32,000 nt of DNA from Telmatocola sphagniphila (GTDB taxonomy: Bacteria; Planctomycetota; Planctomycetia; Gemmatales; Gemmataceae). The notes under the pieces are model-generated. The model ran no database searches. It saw nothing but the letters and a program-made list of their open reading frames with translations, and was not told the DNA's origin. Below, piece after piece: positions 1 through 8,331 of the stretch (positions are counted from its first letter, which is position 1; the number at the start of each line of letters is the position of its first letter). The position numbers and the translations under genes are program-made. The stretch spans positions 600,001 to 632,000 of the forward strand of contig NZ_CP074694.1 in NCBI RefSeq assembly GCF_018398935.1, written 5' to 3'.

Positions 1-2
1 TC

Positions 3-767
3 ACCGGGACCGGCAAATATGCCAATTACGGCCTGATGAAGGAGAGTCTGGAGCTAAGCGGATGCGAAGTGACTACAGTAGCTGTGCGCCGCGAACGGCT
101 GATAGACACTCAAGGCCGCAACTTGTTGGATTACCTCGATCTGTCTCGCTACACGATCCTGCCGAATACCGCGGGCTGCTTCAATGCCGAGGATGCCATC
201 CGGCACGCCCGGCTGGCTCGCGAGTTGTTGAAGAATCTGGAAAACCCGGGAGCCGATTGGGTGAAGCTGGAATGCCTGGGTGACAAAAAAACTCTGCTGC
301 CCGACCCGATTGATACACTCAAAGCCACAGAACAACTGGTCAAAGAAGGCTTTCAGGTTCTCGTCTACACCAGCGACGATGTGATGCTGGCAAAGAGACT
401 GAAGGAAGCCGGGGCGGTCAGCGTAATGCCGGCCGGGAGTCCGATCGGTAGCGGGCAGGGGATTCTGAACCCCAATAGCATCCGCATTATTCTCGAGTAT
501 TTGAAAGAGAACGACCCCGATTATCCTGTGATCGTCGATGCCGGGGTAGGCACGGCCAGTGATGTCGCTTTTGCCATGGAACTGGGTTGCGATGGCGTGC
601 TGCTCAACACTTCTATTGCCTCGGCGGAGAATCCCCTGCGAATGGCTCATGCCATGCGTTGGGCCACCGAAGCGGGACGGCAAGCGTATCTGGCCGGTCG
701 GATTCCCCGGAAAATGTATGCGACCGCCAGCAGCCCCATGGAGGGGCGAATCTCCGCCAGCAAGTAG
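3..767 (+). CDS. thiG: Thiazole synthase ThiG (5' end cut by window edge)
   Basis: The reading frame is open to the window edge: [11 protein letters not shown] lies upstream of the first Met at 36 and matches the ThiG N-terminal LGTGKY region. Family-typical blocks are present: [51 protein letters not shown]. Stop TAG at 765-767. Confidence 0.93.
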   Translation, partial: TGTGKYANYGLMKESLELSGCEVTTVAVRRERLIDTQGRNLLDYLDLSRYTILPNTAGCFNAEDAIRHARLARELLKNLENPGADWVKLECLGDKKTLLPDPIDTLKATEQLVKEGFQVLVYTSDDVMLAKRLKEAGAVSVMPAGSPIGSGQGILNPNSIRIILEYLKENDPDYPVIVDAGVGTASDVAFAMELGCDGVLLNTSIASAENPLRMAHAMRWATEAGRQAYLAGRIPRKMYATASSPMEGRISASK

Positions 768-789
768 TGCCCAAAAGAACTCCGAACGT

Positions 790-1977
790 TTAAGCCTTAG
801 CTTCCTGAAGCGCCCCGGGCAGGATTTTCAGAAGAGCTTCGATCTCGTCTTCGGTGTTATAAAAATGGGTGGAGAATCGAATAATTAGGCGGTCGGGGCG
901 TTCGACAATGGGGATTTCGATGCGGTGTTTCCAGATCGCTTCCCGCAATTTCACCGGGTGAATTCCTTCCGGTAAATTAAAAGCGGTCAGTGAGCCGCAA
1001 CTGCGCCGATCCGCCGGGGTCGCCGGTTTGAGAGCGACTGTCTCTCGCATTCGCCGCCGGACGTAATTCGACAATTCTTCAATTTTGCTTCTAATCGCCT
1101 GCCAGCCAATTTCGGTTTGAAATCGAATCGCTTCCGGGCACGCCAGCCACGGGCAGATATCGCGGGTACCGTTGAATTCCAAGTGCCGGATGCGCCGGGT
1201 GGATCCGAACTCATCGGGGGCATCGAGATCGGTTCGCGGATAATGGTAGCCCCAGCTGACCTCCAGTGGCTGCAGGCGATCCTCATTTCCAGAGCCTATT
1301 GCCAGAAAGCCTGCTCCGCAGGGAGCCAGCAGCCATTTATGAAGATTGGCCGCGTAGAAATCGGCTCGGATATCATCGACGTTGAGTGGAATCATGGCCG
1401 GGGCATGGGCTCCATCCACGACGGTCAGGATTCCGCGCTTGCGAGCCTCGGTACAGAGTTCCTTGGCCGGCAAAACCAACCCAGTTGGTGACAGGACGTG
1501 GCTGAAAAAGAAGACCCGGGTACGCGCGGTCATGGCCGCGCAAGCCGCATCCACGATTTCTTGAGGGTCTTCCGGCATCGTCGGCAGCGGAAAAGTTCTT
1601 AGTGTCAGGCCGAGGCGTTTGGCCGCGCGTTCCCAGCACCAGTGCATGGCGCCATACTCATGATCGGTGAGCAATATCTCGCCCGGGGACGAGATCGTCA
1701 GCCCCGAGGCGACGAAATTGATCGAAGAGGAAACGTTATTGGTGAAGACCAGCTTTTCCGGCGTCGTTCCGAGAAACTTCGCCGTTTCTCTACGCGCTTC
1801 CCAGAGCAAAGGAGGCGCTTGCCTGACGTAAAAGTGCGTCGGCTCGGCCGCCAGCATTTGGCGGAAGCGGACTGCCGCTTCATAAACCGGGATAGGTTGC
1901 GGGCCGAAGGAGCCCGTATTGAGGTTGATGATGTCGGGGTCGAGCATCATCCGCGAACGATGATATTTCCAGTCCAT
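790..1977 (-). CDS. Class V aminotransferase-fold PLP-dependent enzyme (cysteine desulfurase / isopenicillin-N epimerase-like)
   Basis: 395-aa ORF. The N-terminal INLNTGSFGP, the DGAHA block and the ANLHKWLLAPCGAGFL block (PLP lysine in an HK context) are typical of the class V fold. Specific substrate is not determinable from sequence. Confidence 0.85.
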   Translation of the reverse strand: MDWKYHRSRMMLDPDIINLNTGSFGPQPIPVYEAAVRFRQMLAAEPTHFYVRQAPPLLWEARRETAKFLGTTPEKLVFTNNVSSSINFVASGLTISSPGEILLTDHEYGAMHWCWERAAKRLGLTLRTFPLPTMPEDPQEIVDAACAAMTARTRVFFFSHVLSPTGLVLPAKELCTEARKRGILTVVDGAHAPAMIPLNVDDIRADFYAANLHKWLLAPCGAGFLAIGSGNEDRLQPLEVSWGYHYPRTDLDAPDEFGSTRRIRHLEFNGTRDICPWLACPEAIRFQTEIGWQAIRSKIEELSNYVRRRMRETVALKPATPADRRSCGSLTAFNLPEGIHPVKLREAIWKHRIEIPIVERPDRLIIRFSTHFYNTEDEIEALLKILPGALQEAKA

Positions 1978-2007
1978 GAACGATATGTTACGGGCTGACG
2001 GGGTGGA

Positions 2008-3093
2008 CTAGTATTCCTGCTTTTCAAATTCCCAGCAGGCGGATAAAAGCATCACCAGCCCAAAAGCGAGTGAGGCCAGAATCGATGCCACCGGGCGGAA
2101 CAGCTTCAGATCCTGCAACTGCTTGAACTCCGGCACTTTCATGGTGAAGCCGTCGGCCTTCAAGAGATCGTAGAGCACCATGTTCAAATCGAGCGGTTTG
2201 GGCATAGTCCAGTAGCCGATATCCAGAAGCAATCGGGACAGCGGGGAAAATGCGGAGATATTCTGCGTGCAGACCACTACCCAGCCAAAGTTCATACCCC
2301 AGCTGGCGATCCAGAAAATCAAAGTGGAAAGAAGGCAGACGGTGGTGTTTCGCGACCAGACGGCCATGAGCACGCTGAAGCTGAAGAAGACGCCGAAGTG
2401 AACGATCATCATCGGAATCGCCATTAAATAAAGGCTGTCGAAGACGCCGGTCTTTAGCCCGAGAGCGATCCAGGTCCCGAGTACAAAGAAAATCGCCTGT
2501 GCGGAAACAAACAACATCACACCGATGAATTTGCCCAGCAGAATAGCCCAGCGGGGAACGGGCTTGGCCAGTAATACGGTCACGCTTCCCGGTTCCAGGA
2601 AGGACGGGATGAATCCAGCCGTCCAGATCAAGGCAAGGAAAATCCCGGCAGTGTCCGCGATGGCTCCCGCCAGCCAGATTTGCAGGAAACGCACGGCGTC
2701 CGTGCGATCGCGGCCGACCTGAACTTTGATGACTCCGAAACCGATCGATATTTCGCCCTGGGCAATATCGACGCCTTCCTTGCGGGCGAACTGCTCGCCC
2801 AGGGATGTTGCCAGCATCGCCAGGGCGGGAGCGCCGACCGCGTGACCCAAGCCCGATTGAGTACCCAGTTTCATACCCTGAGCCAGGGCTTCATCTTTGC
2901 TGATCTGTTCGCGCTGTTCTGATCGGGAGAGCGGTAGCAGATTCTCATCGCCGCGGGCGTCCACGCTTAAGCAGAACAGGATGCAGAGTATACTCGCACC
3001 CAGCAGCACCCAGAAAAGCTTGGCGGCTATGGATTGGCGGATGGTATCGCGAACCATCCATTGAATAGTGAGCAGAATCGTTGGTAGGTTCAT
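2008..3093 (-). CDS. ABC-2 type transporter permease
   Basis: I place the start at the ATG encoding MNLPTILLTIQW (3093), not the ORF-track start at 3231. This ATG overlaps the upstream ATPase stop as ATGA. One N-terminal TM segment is followed by a soluble loop of roughly 130 aa and about 5 further hydrophobic helices. This architecture resembles COG1277/ABC-2 permeases. Confidence 0.75.
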   Translation of the reverse strand: MNLPTILLTIQWMVRDTIRQSIAAKLFWVLLGASILCILFCLSVDARGDENLLPLSRSEQREQISKDEALAQGMKLGTQSGLGHAVGAPALAMLATSLGEQFARKEGVDIAQGEISIGFGVIKVQVGRDRTDAVRFLQIWLAGAIADTAGIFLALIWTAGFIPSFLEPGSVTVLLAKPVPRWAILLGKFIGVMLFVSAQAIFFVLGTWIALGLKTGVFDSLYLMAIPMMIVHFGVFFSFSVLMAVWSRNTTVCLLSTLIFWIASWGMNFGWVVVCTQNISAFSPLSRLLLDIGYWTMPKPLDLNMVLYDLLKADGFTMKVPEFKQLQDLKLFRPVASILASLAFGLVMLLSACWEFEKQEY

Positions 3094-3848
3094 GGATTGT
3101 TCGTTTTGTAGAGGGGGCGGAGAGCGTCTTCCAGACTTCGGGGCTGACCCGATTTCGGATCTCGTAGCAAATCGGTAATCTCGGCTTGTTTGGCAACCTG
3201 ACCCGCCACCAATACTGTGACGCGATCGCATAATTGTTCGACTTCCGGAAATACGTGCGAGATCAAAAGAGTGGTCGCCCCCCGTTTTTTCTGCTCGTGA
3301 ACGACATCGCGAAGCAACTGCCGACCACTCAGGTCGAGGCCTTCCGTCGGTTCGTCGAGAATCAGTAATTCAGGATCATTCAGAAGCGATTGAGCGAGGC
3401 CAAGCCGTTGGATCATTCCCTTGGAAAAACGGGAAATCGGCTCGGTGGCGCGATCGGCCAGCCCCACTTTTTTCAGCAAGGCATCGACCTTAGGATTCAA
3501 TTTGCTCTGAGGAATCAGCGAGAGGCTACCGTAGTACCGGAGAAGCTCCCGCGCCGTCAGATAACGGGGGAAAAGCTGATTTTCGTGAACGTAGCCGATC
3601 TTCGCGAGAGTCGATTTATTCTTGGGTGAATCGCCCAGTCGGCTGATCTCACCTTCGGTCGGCTTGCAGAGACCGAGTAACAGTTTGACGAAGGTCGTTT
3701 TCCCGGAGCGGTTCGGACCCAGCAGTGCATGGCAGGTTCCGGACTCGATGTGGAGTGAAATTTTATCCAGCGCGGGAATTCGATAACGGTTCGGCCAACC
3801 CGATCCATATATCTTGCTCACGTTCGTAAATTCAATCGCCCGTGTCAT
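3090..3848 (-). CDS. ABC transporter ATP-binding protein (ABC-2 subfamily)
   Basis: Start placed at the ATG encoding MTRAIEFTNVSKIYG (3848). Motifs: Walker A GPNRSGKTT, signature FSKGMIQRL, Walker B LLILDEPTEGLD, H-loop LISHV. The longer ORF-track N-terminus (to 4100) has no ABC similarity and would run across the purF start. Confidence 0.9.
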   Translation of the reverse strand: MTRAIEFTNVSKIYGSGWPNRYRIPALDKISLHIESGTCHALLGPNRSGKTTFVKLLLGLCKPTEGEISRLGDSPKNKSTLAKIGYVHENQLFPRYLTARELLRYYGSLSLIPQSKLNPKVDALLKKVGLADRATEPISRFSKGMIQRLGLAQSLLNDPELLILDEPTEGLDLSGRQLLRDVVHEQKKRGATTLLISHVFPEVEQLCDRVTVLVAGQVAKQAEITDLLRDPKSGQPRSLEDALRPLYKTNNP

Positions 3849-3871
3849 TTGTGCCACCTTGAGAAGTTCGT

Positions 3872-3972
3872 TGCAAGTATATTTGAAAAAATCAGGTAAT
3901 GCAAAAAATCGCCCTTTGATTCCGGACTTAGGGAACGATTTGGAACTTGCGCTTCCGAACACTATACTTGCA
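3872..3972. repeat. 10-bp perfect inverted repeat in the divergent ABC-transporter/purF control region
   Basis: TGCAAGTATA at 3872-3881 and its exact reverse complement TATACTTGCA at 3963-3972, with an 81-nt spacer. Confidence 0.85.
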
Positions 3973-4030
3973 GTAGCGGCGGGCGGTTGGCCATGTAATC
4001 CGATTAGACTACTTCGCAAAGCAGCACACG

Positions 4031-5641
4031 ATGCATGAATTGAAGCACGAATGCGGTGTGGCCGCCCTTTACCATTTACCCAGTCTGGAAATTTCTCCAC
4101 TGGTTCCCGGCAACGACATCAAAAATACTTCTCGACTTATCCCCAGAATGTTACTCGATTTACAAAATCGCGGACAACTGGCGGCCGGGATGAGTACTCT
4201 GCATCCGAATCGCGAACAGATCCTCGATACTTACAAAGAAATTGGACTGGTTGCGGAAGCTTTTCGGTTAAATCACCCGGGGAAAGCCGAGAGTATTCTC
4301 AAGGAACATTGCGGCCACGCCGCCATAGGCCACGTCCGCTATGCGACCTGTGGACCGAACACTCGCCGCTATGCTCAACCGTTTGAACGAGAGCATGGTT
4401 GTAAGTGGAAGTGGTTCTGCTTTGCCTTCAACGGACAACTCGCGAATTTCAAGCAGCTCAAAGATGAACTGCTGGCCAATAACGATTACCACCTCACTCG
4501 GGATAACGATACCGAAGTGATCATGCACTCGATCGCTCGGGAATTAACCGGGGAAACGCCACCCGATCTGGTGAAGGTGTTCGCCAATCTCAGTAAGAAA
4601 TTCGACGGCGCTTACAACATCGTCTTCCTCGATGCTCTCGGTCGCATGGTGGTGATGCGCGATCCCAAGGGTATTCGGCCGATGTGTATCGCCCAATCCG
4701 GGCCGTTGTTTGCGGCGGCGAGTGAAAGCGTAGCCCTGGCGAACCTGGGCTTCACCGAGATCCGTTCTCTGGAACCGGGCGAAATGGCCCTGGTTCAGGA
4801 TGGGCTGGTCAGTTTCCACCGCTTTGCCCCCAAACAGCCAACCGCGCATTGCTTCTTCGAGTGGATTTACTTTGCCAACGTGGCCAGCACTCTGGACGAT
4901 CGCAGCGTTTATTTGTCGCGTTCTGCTCTGGGTAAAGAATTGGCCCAGCAGGAACGCGAAATGAATCGCGTCCCCATCGATTCCGACACCATCGTGGTTC
5001 CCGTACCCGATACGGGGAAAGCCGCGGCAGATGCCATGGCCCACGAATTGGGGTTGCCATCGGTCGAAGGATTGATGCGAAATCGTTACGTTGGCCGGAC
5101 GTTTATCGAAGGAGCCAATCGCCTCGATAAAGTTCGATTGAAGTATACGCCGTTGCGGGAAGTCCTGAATGGTAAACGAGTTCTGCTGATTGAGGACACC
5201 ATCGTCCGAAGTACCACACTGAAATCGCTCCTGGGACATCTTCGGGAACGGGGCGGTGCTCGGGAAGTTCACGTTCGGGTAGCCTGTCCACCGATTGTCG
5301 CCCCCTGTTTCTACGGCATTGATATGTCCACAGTCACGGAACTCTTCGCTCCCAAGTTCATGAAGGGGAAGATGCCGACGCGCGAAGAGCAGCAGCGGAT
5401 GGCCGATGAATTGGGGGCGGATAGCCTGGCCTATCTTCCATTAACTTCGCTCGCCCGCTGTATCGATCTGCCCGTGAGCAGCCTATGCCAAGCTTGCGTT
5501 ACCGGTGAGTATCCGACGCCCACCGGGGAACGGCTCTATCAACTTTCGCTCAAGAACGTTGAAGGCAACGGCCGGACCTACGAAATGGGGGGCTGCGAAC
5601 CGCAAAAGAAGTCGGAATTTGAGCCAACCAAAGTTCGATAA
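4031..5641 (+). CDS. purF: Amidophosphoribosyltransferase (glutamine PRPP amidotransferase)
   Basis: A short propeptide MHELKHE precedes the catalytic Cys of CGVAAL (Ntn class II amidotransferase). PRTase block [13 protein letters not shown] is present. Cys clusters [14 protein letters not shown] and [10 protein letters not shown] are typical of Fe-S PurF. Confidence 0.93.
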   Translation: MHELKHECGVAALYHLPSLEISPLVPGNDIKNTSRLIPRMLLDLQNRGQLAAGMSTLHPNREQILDTYKEIGLVAEAFRLNHPGKAESILKEHCGHAAIGHVRYATCGPNTRRYAQPFEREHGCKWKWFCFAFNGQLANFKQLKDELLANNDYHLTRDNDTEVIMHSIARELTGETPPDLVKVFANLSKKFDGAYNIVFLDALGRMVVMRDPKGIRPMCIAQSGPLFAAASESVALANLGFTEIRSLEPGEMALVQDGLVSFHRFAPKQPTAHCFFEWIYFANVASTLDDRSVYLSRSALGKELAQQEREMNRVPIDSDTIVVPVPDTGKAAADAMAHELGLPSVEGLMRNRYVGRTFIEGANRLDKVRLKYTPLREVLNGKRVLLIEDTIVRSTTLKSLLGHLRERGGAREVHVRVACPPIVAPCFYGIDMSTVTELFAPKFMKGKMPTREEQQRMADELGADSLAYLPLTSLARCIDLPVSSLCQACVTGEYPTPTGERLYQLSLKNVEGNGRTYEMGGCEPQKKSEFEPTKVR

Positions 5642-5756
5642 AACCGGATTTGACCATCCCTTCCCGCAAATAGGCCGTCGTGCGTTGCACTCAGGCAGAC
5701 AGATACCGCCCGCCGGACTAGGATAATTTCATCTACGAATTTATCCGGATGAATTT

Positions 5757-7256
5757 ATGGCTCTCTTTGCGAACCTCTCCCCCGCGACATTAATTGAAGA
5801 TGCGCTGCGTAATCGGGAAGGGCAACTTAGCGATGCGGGGGCACTGGTCGCCTTAACCGGAAAGCGAACCGGTCGATCCCCCAAGGATAAGTATGTCGTT
5901 CGGGAAGCGAATTGGGAAAATCGCATTGCCTGGGGGAACGTCAACCATCCGATGACACCGGAGGTTTTTGCTCGCCTCACCAACAAAATACAAGCGCATC
6001 TCGAGACGAAATCGATCTATCAGCAAGATTCCTTTGCTTGCGCGGATCCGGCCTACCGGATTAAAATCCGCTTGCATACCGAATTCGCCTGGCATGCCCT
6101 GTTTGCCCAGTGCCTTTTCATTCGTCCGGCGCGTGAAGAATTGCAATCTTTCTCCCCCGACTGGAATATCTACGCGGCCCCGACACTCGAATTGAACCCT
6201 GCAATCGATGGCGTGGCGGGGGAAGTCTGCGTGGCGATTTCCTTCGAATCGAAAACAATTCTGATCGCGGGCACTCAGTACGCCGGGGAAATCAAAAAAT
6301 CGATTTTCTCCATCCTCAACGGCTTACTACCCATGCAGGGCGTCTTCCCGATGCACTGCTCAGCCAACGTGGGAGCCGAAGGCGATGTGGCGTTGTTTTT
6401 CGGCCTCTCGGGGACCGGCAAAACGACTCTCTCCGCCGACCCAAATCGAAGCCTGATCGGCGATGACGAGCACGGCTGGTCCGATCAGGGGGTTTTCAAC
6501 ATCGAAGGGGGCTGCTACGCCAAGACGATCAAACTGTCCCCGACTGGCGAACCCCAGATCTGGAATGCGATTAAATTCGGTAGCGTACTCGAAAACGTGC
6601 CATTGGATCCGATCACTCGGGTTCCCGATTTCGACAGCAAGAAATACACCGAGAATACCCGCTGCGCCTACCCTATTGAGATGATTCCCAACCGCGTTCC
6701 TTCCGGTTGTGGGGGCCATCCGAAAAATATTTTCTTTCTGACCTGCGATGCCTTCGGCGTTCTACCGCCGATCTCCCGGCTCAGTCCCGAACAAGCGATG
6801 CAGCATTTTTTGACCGGCTACACGGCGAAAATTGCCGGTACCGAAGCGGGAGTGACTGAACCCCAAGCCACTTTCAGTGCCTGTTTCGGAGCCCCGTTTC
6901 TACCGTTGGAGCCTCAACTCTACGGCGAAATGTTGCGGACGCGACTGCAGGCCCGCAAGATTCCAGTCTGGCTGGTGAACACTGGCTGGTCGGGAGGTGG
7001 CTATGGCGTGGGGAACCGAATGTCCTTAGCCCATACACGTTCCCTTTTGCAGGCCGCGCTGGAGGGAAGTCTCAACAGCGTTCGTTTCCATACCGATCCG
7101 GTGTTTGGTCTGGAAATTCCCGACAGTTGCCCGGGCGTTCCCGATAATATTCTCAACCCAAGCCTGACCTGGTCCAACCCGGCGGCTTACACGAAAGCGG
7201 CGAACCGGTTGGCCGAGATGCTTGCTAATCCGACCAAGTTCGCCAGCGAAGCCTGA
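5757..7256 (+). CDS. pckA: Phosphoenolpyruvate carboxykinase (ATP)
   Basis: TGRSPKDKYVV; kinase-1a P-loop FFGLSGTGKTTLSADP; IGDDEHGWSD; NIEGGCYAK; WLVNTGWSGG. All are hallmark ATP-PEPCK blocks. Confidence 0.93.
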   Translation: MALFANLSPATLIEDALRNREGQLSDAGALVALTGKRTGRSPKDKYVVREANWENRIAWGNVNHPMTPEVFARLTNKIQAHLETKSIYQQDSFACADPAYRIKIRLHTEFAWHALFAQCLFIRPAREELQSFSPDWNIYAAPTLELNPAIDGVAGEVCVAISFESKTILIAGTQYAGEIKKSIFSILNGLLPMQGVFPMHCSANVGAEGDVALFFGLSGTGKTTLSADPNRSLIGDDEHGWSDQGVFNIEGGCYAKTIKLSPTGEPQIWNAIKFGSVLENVPLDPITRVPDFDSKKYTENTRCAYPIEMIPNRVPSGCGGHPKNIFFLTCDAFGVLPPISRLSPEQAMQHFLTGYTAKIAGTEAGVTEPQATFSACFGAPFLPLEPQLYGEMLRTRLQARKIPVWLVNTGWSGGGYGVGNRMSLAHTRSLLQAALEGSLNSVRFHTDPVFGLEIPDSCPGVPDNILNPSLTWSNPAAYTKAANRLAEMLANPTKFASEA

Positions 7257-7266
7257 TTCCTTCCCC

Positions 7267-7294
7267 CCGGACCGGAGGTCCGGACTTCCTTTTC
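7267..7294 (+). terminator. Candidate intrinsic terminator after pckA
   Basis: The GC-rich hairpin CCGGACC-gga-GGTCCGG (7267-7283) lies 11 nt after the pckA stop. It is followed by the pyrimidine/T-rich tail ACTTCCTTTTC. The 3-nt loop is tight, so the call is tentative. Confidence 0.4.
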
Positions 7295-7305
7295 GAGGTC
7301 CTCTC

Positions 7306-8331
7306 ATGAAACTTCTGAAATTTCTTGGCGTGGCTTTTCTGATCTTCGGACTCACTCGAGTCTCGATGATCGGACAGCAGCGAGCCCCGGTCGGTAATCA
7401 GATGACGGTCGCCGCCGAAAAGTTCCTGGCAACTCTTCCCGAGGATCTTCGCAAGAAAGCAACTTTTGATTTCGATTCCAAGGAACGAACAGGCTGGTAC
7501 TTCACTCCGCAGCAGAAAGACAAAATGTTCACCCGTAAAGGTGTGCGTTTCGAGGAGATGAGCAAGGAGAGCCAGGAAGCGGCACTGGGTTTGCTGAAAA
7601 CGGGCACCAGTGAAAAGGGCTATAAACAGGCTACGACGATCATGAGCCTGGAAAATGTTCTGAAGGATCTGGAAAAAAATGGCGTCAACGTTCGCAACCC
7701 GAATTGGTATTTCGTCAGTGTGTTCGGAACGCCTAGCAAAACCGGATCGTGGGGTTGGCGGTTGGAAGGCCATCACATGTCTGTGAATTTCACGGTCGAA
7801 CAGGGGCAGGTGAAATCAGTAACACCGTTTTTCTTCGGGGCCAATCCGGCCGAGGTCAAATCGGGCGACCGCAAGGGCTTACGCACATTGCCGGAAGTGG
7901 AAGATCTGGCACGCGACCTGTTCAAATCCCTCGATGAATCCCAGCAGAAAGAAGCACTCCAAACCAAGTTGTTCCCGGAGATTCCCGAAGCGGTAACCAG
8001 TGCGAAGCCAGTCCAGACGGTAGGAATTTCGGGAGAAAAATTGAACGCGACCCAGAAAGCGAAACTGAAAGATCTGATTCAGGCTTATACCAATCGCATT
8101 CCGGCCGAAGTCGCCGAGTACGAATGGAAGGCGATCAATACCAGTGGCGGCGTGGATAAGGTCTATTTCGCCTATGCGGGAACGACCGAGAGCGGTAAGC
8201 CGTACACTTATCACATTGTCGGACCGACTTTTCAGGTCGAGTTTCTCAACGTTCAGGCCGATGGCTCGAACAATCCCGCCAACCACATTCACAGTGTCTG
8301 GCGGCACTTGCCAAGCGATTTCGGGCTTTAA
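7306..8331 (+). CDS. DUF3500 domain-containing secreted protein
   Basis: Start placed at MKLLKFLGVAFLIFGL (signal-peptide-like), with GAGG 9 nt upstream. GWRLEGHHMSVNF and NHIHSVWRHLPSDFG resemble the conserved DUF3500 blocks as I remember them. Function unknown. Confidence 0.75.
   Translation: MKLLKFLGVAFLIFGLTRVSMIGQQRAPVGNQMTVAAEKFLATLPEDLRKKATFDFDSKERTGWYFTPQQKDKMFTRKGVRFEEMSKESQEAALGLLKTGTSEKGYKQATTIMSLENVLKDLEKNGVNVRNPNWYFVSVFGTPSKTGSWGWRLEGHHMSVNFTVEQGQVKSVTPFFFGANPAEVKSGDRKGLRTLPEVEDLARDLFKSLDESQQKEALQTKLFPEIPEAVTSAKPVQTVGISGEKLNATQKAKLKDLIQAYTNRIPAEVAEYEWKAINTSGGVDKVYFAYAGTTESGKPYTYHIVGPTFQVEFLNVQADGSNNPANHIHSVWRHLPSDFGL

Noticed and set aside
1-35. TPP riboswitch associated with thiG.
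   Set aside because: The thiG 5' end and its leader lie outside the window, so nothing can be assessed.
54-683. 209-aa minus-strand ORF antisense to thiG. Similar long antisense ORFs occur at 4544-5272, 7225-7776, 9318-10022, 14248-14802, 18792-19295, 24501-25382 and 28666-29346.
   Set aside because: Each lies entirely opposite a gene with strong family motifs and has an Arg/Gly/Pro-rich, low-information translation. These are typical shadow ORFs of GC-biased coding regions.
3094-3231. ORF-track N-terminal extensions of real genes: 3231 for the permease, 4100 for the ABC ATPase, 7222 for DUF3500, 12962 for yraN, 20879 for glmS, 27210 for hisA, 28051 for the EF-G paralogue, 11348 for ybjQ and 20291 for the phosphoesterase.
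   Set aside because: The extensions overlap neighbouring genes or promoters and have no family similarity. Internal ATGs sit exactly where the conserved N-termini begin, for example MCGIVG for GlmS and the ATGA coupling for the permease.
3935-3960. CCGAAC core in the purF upstream region, considered as a Bacillus-type PurBox.
   Set aside because: Only the 6-nt core matches. The flanking A/T positions do not fit the consensus, and no properly spaced inverted partner is evident.
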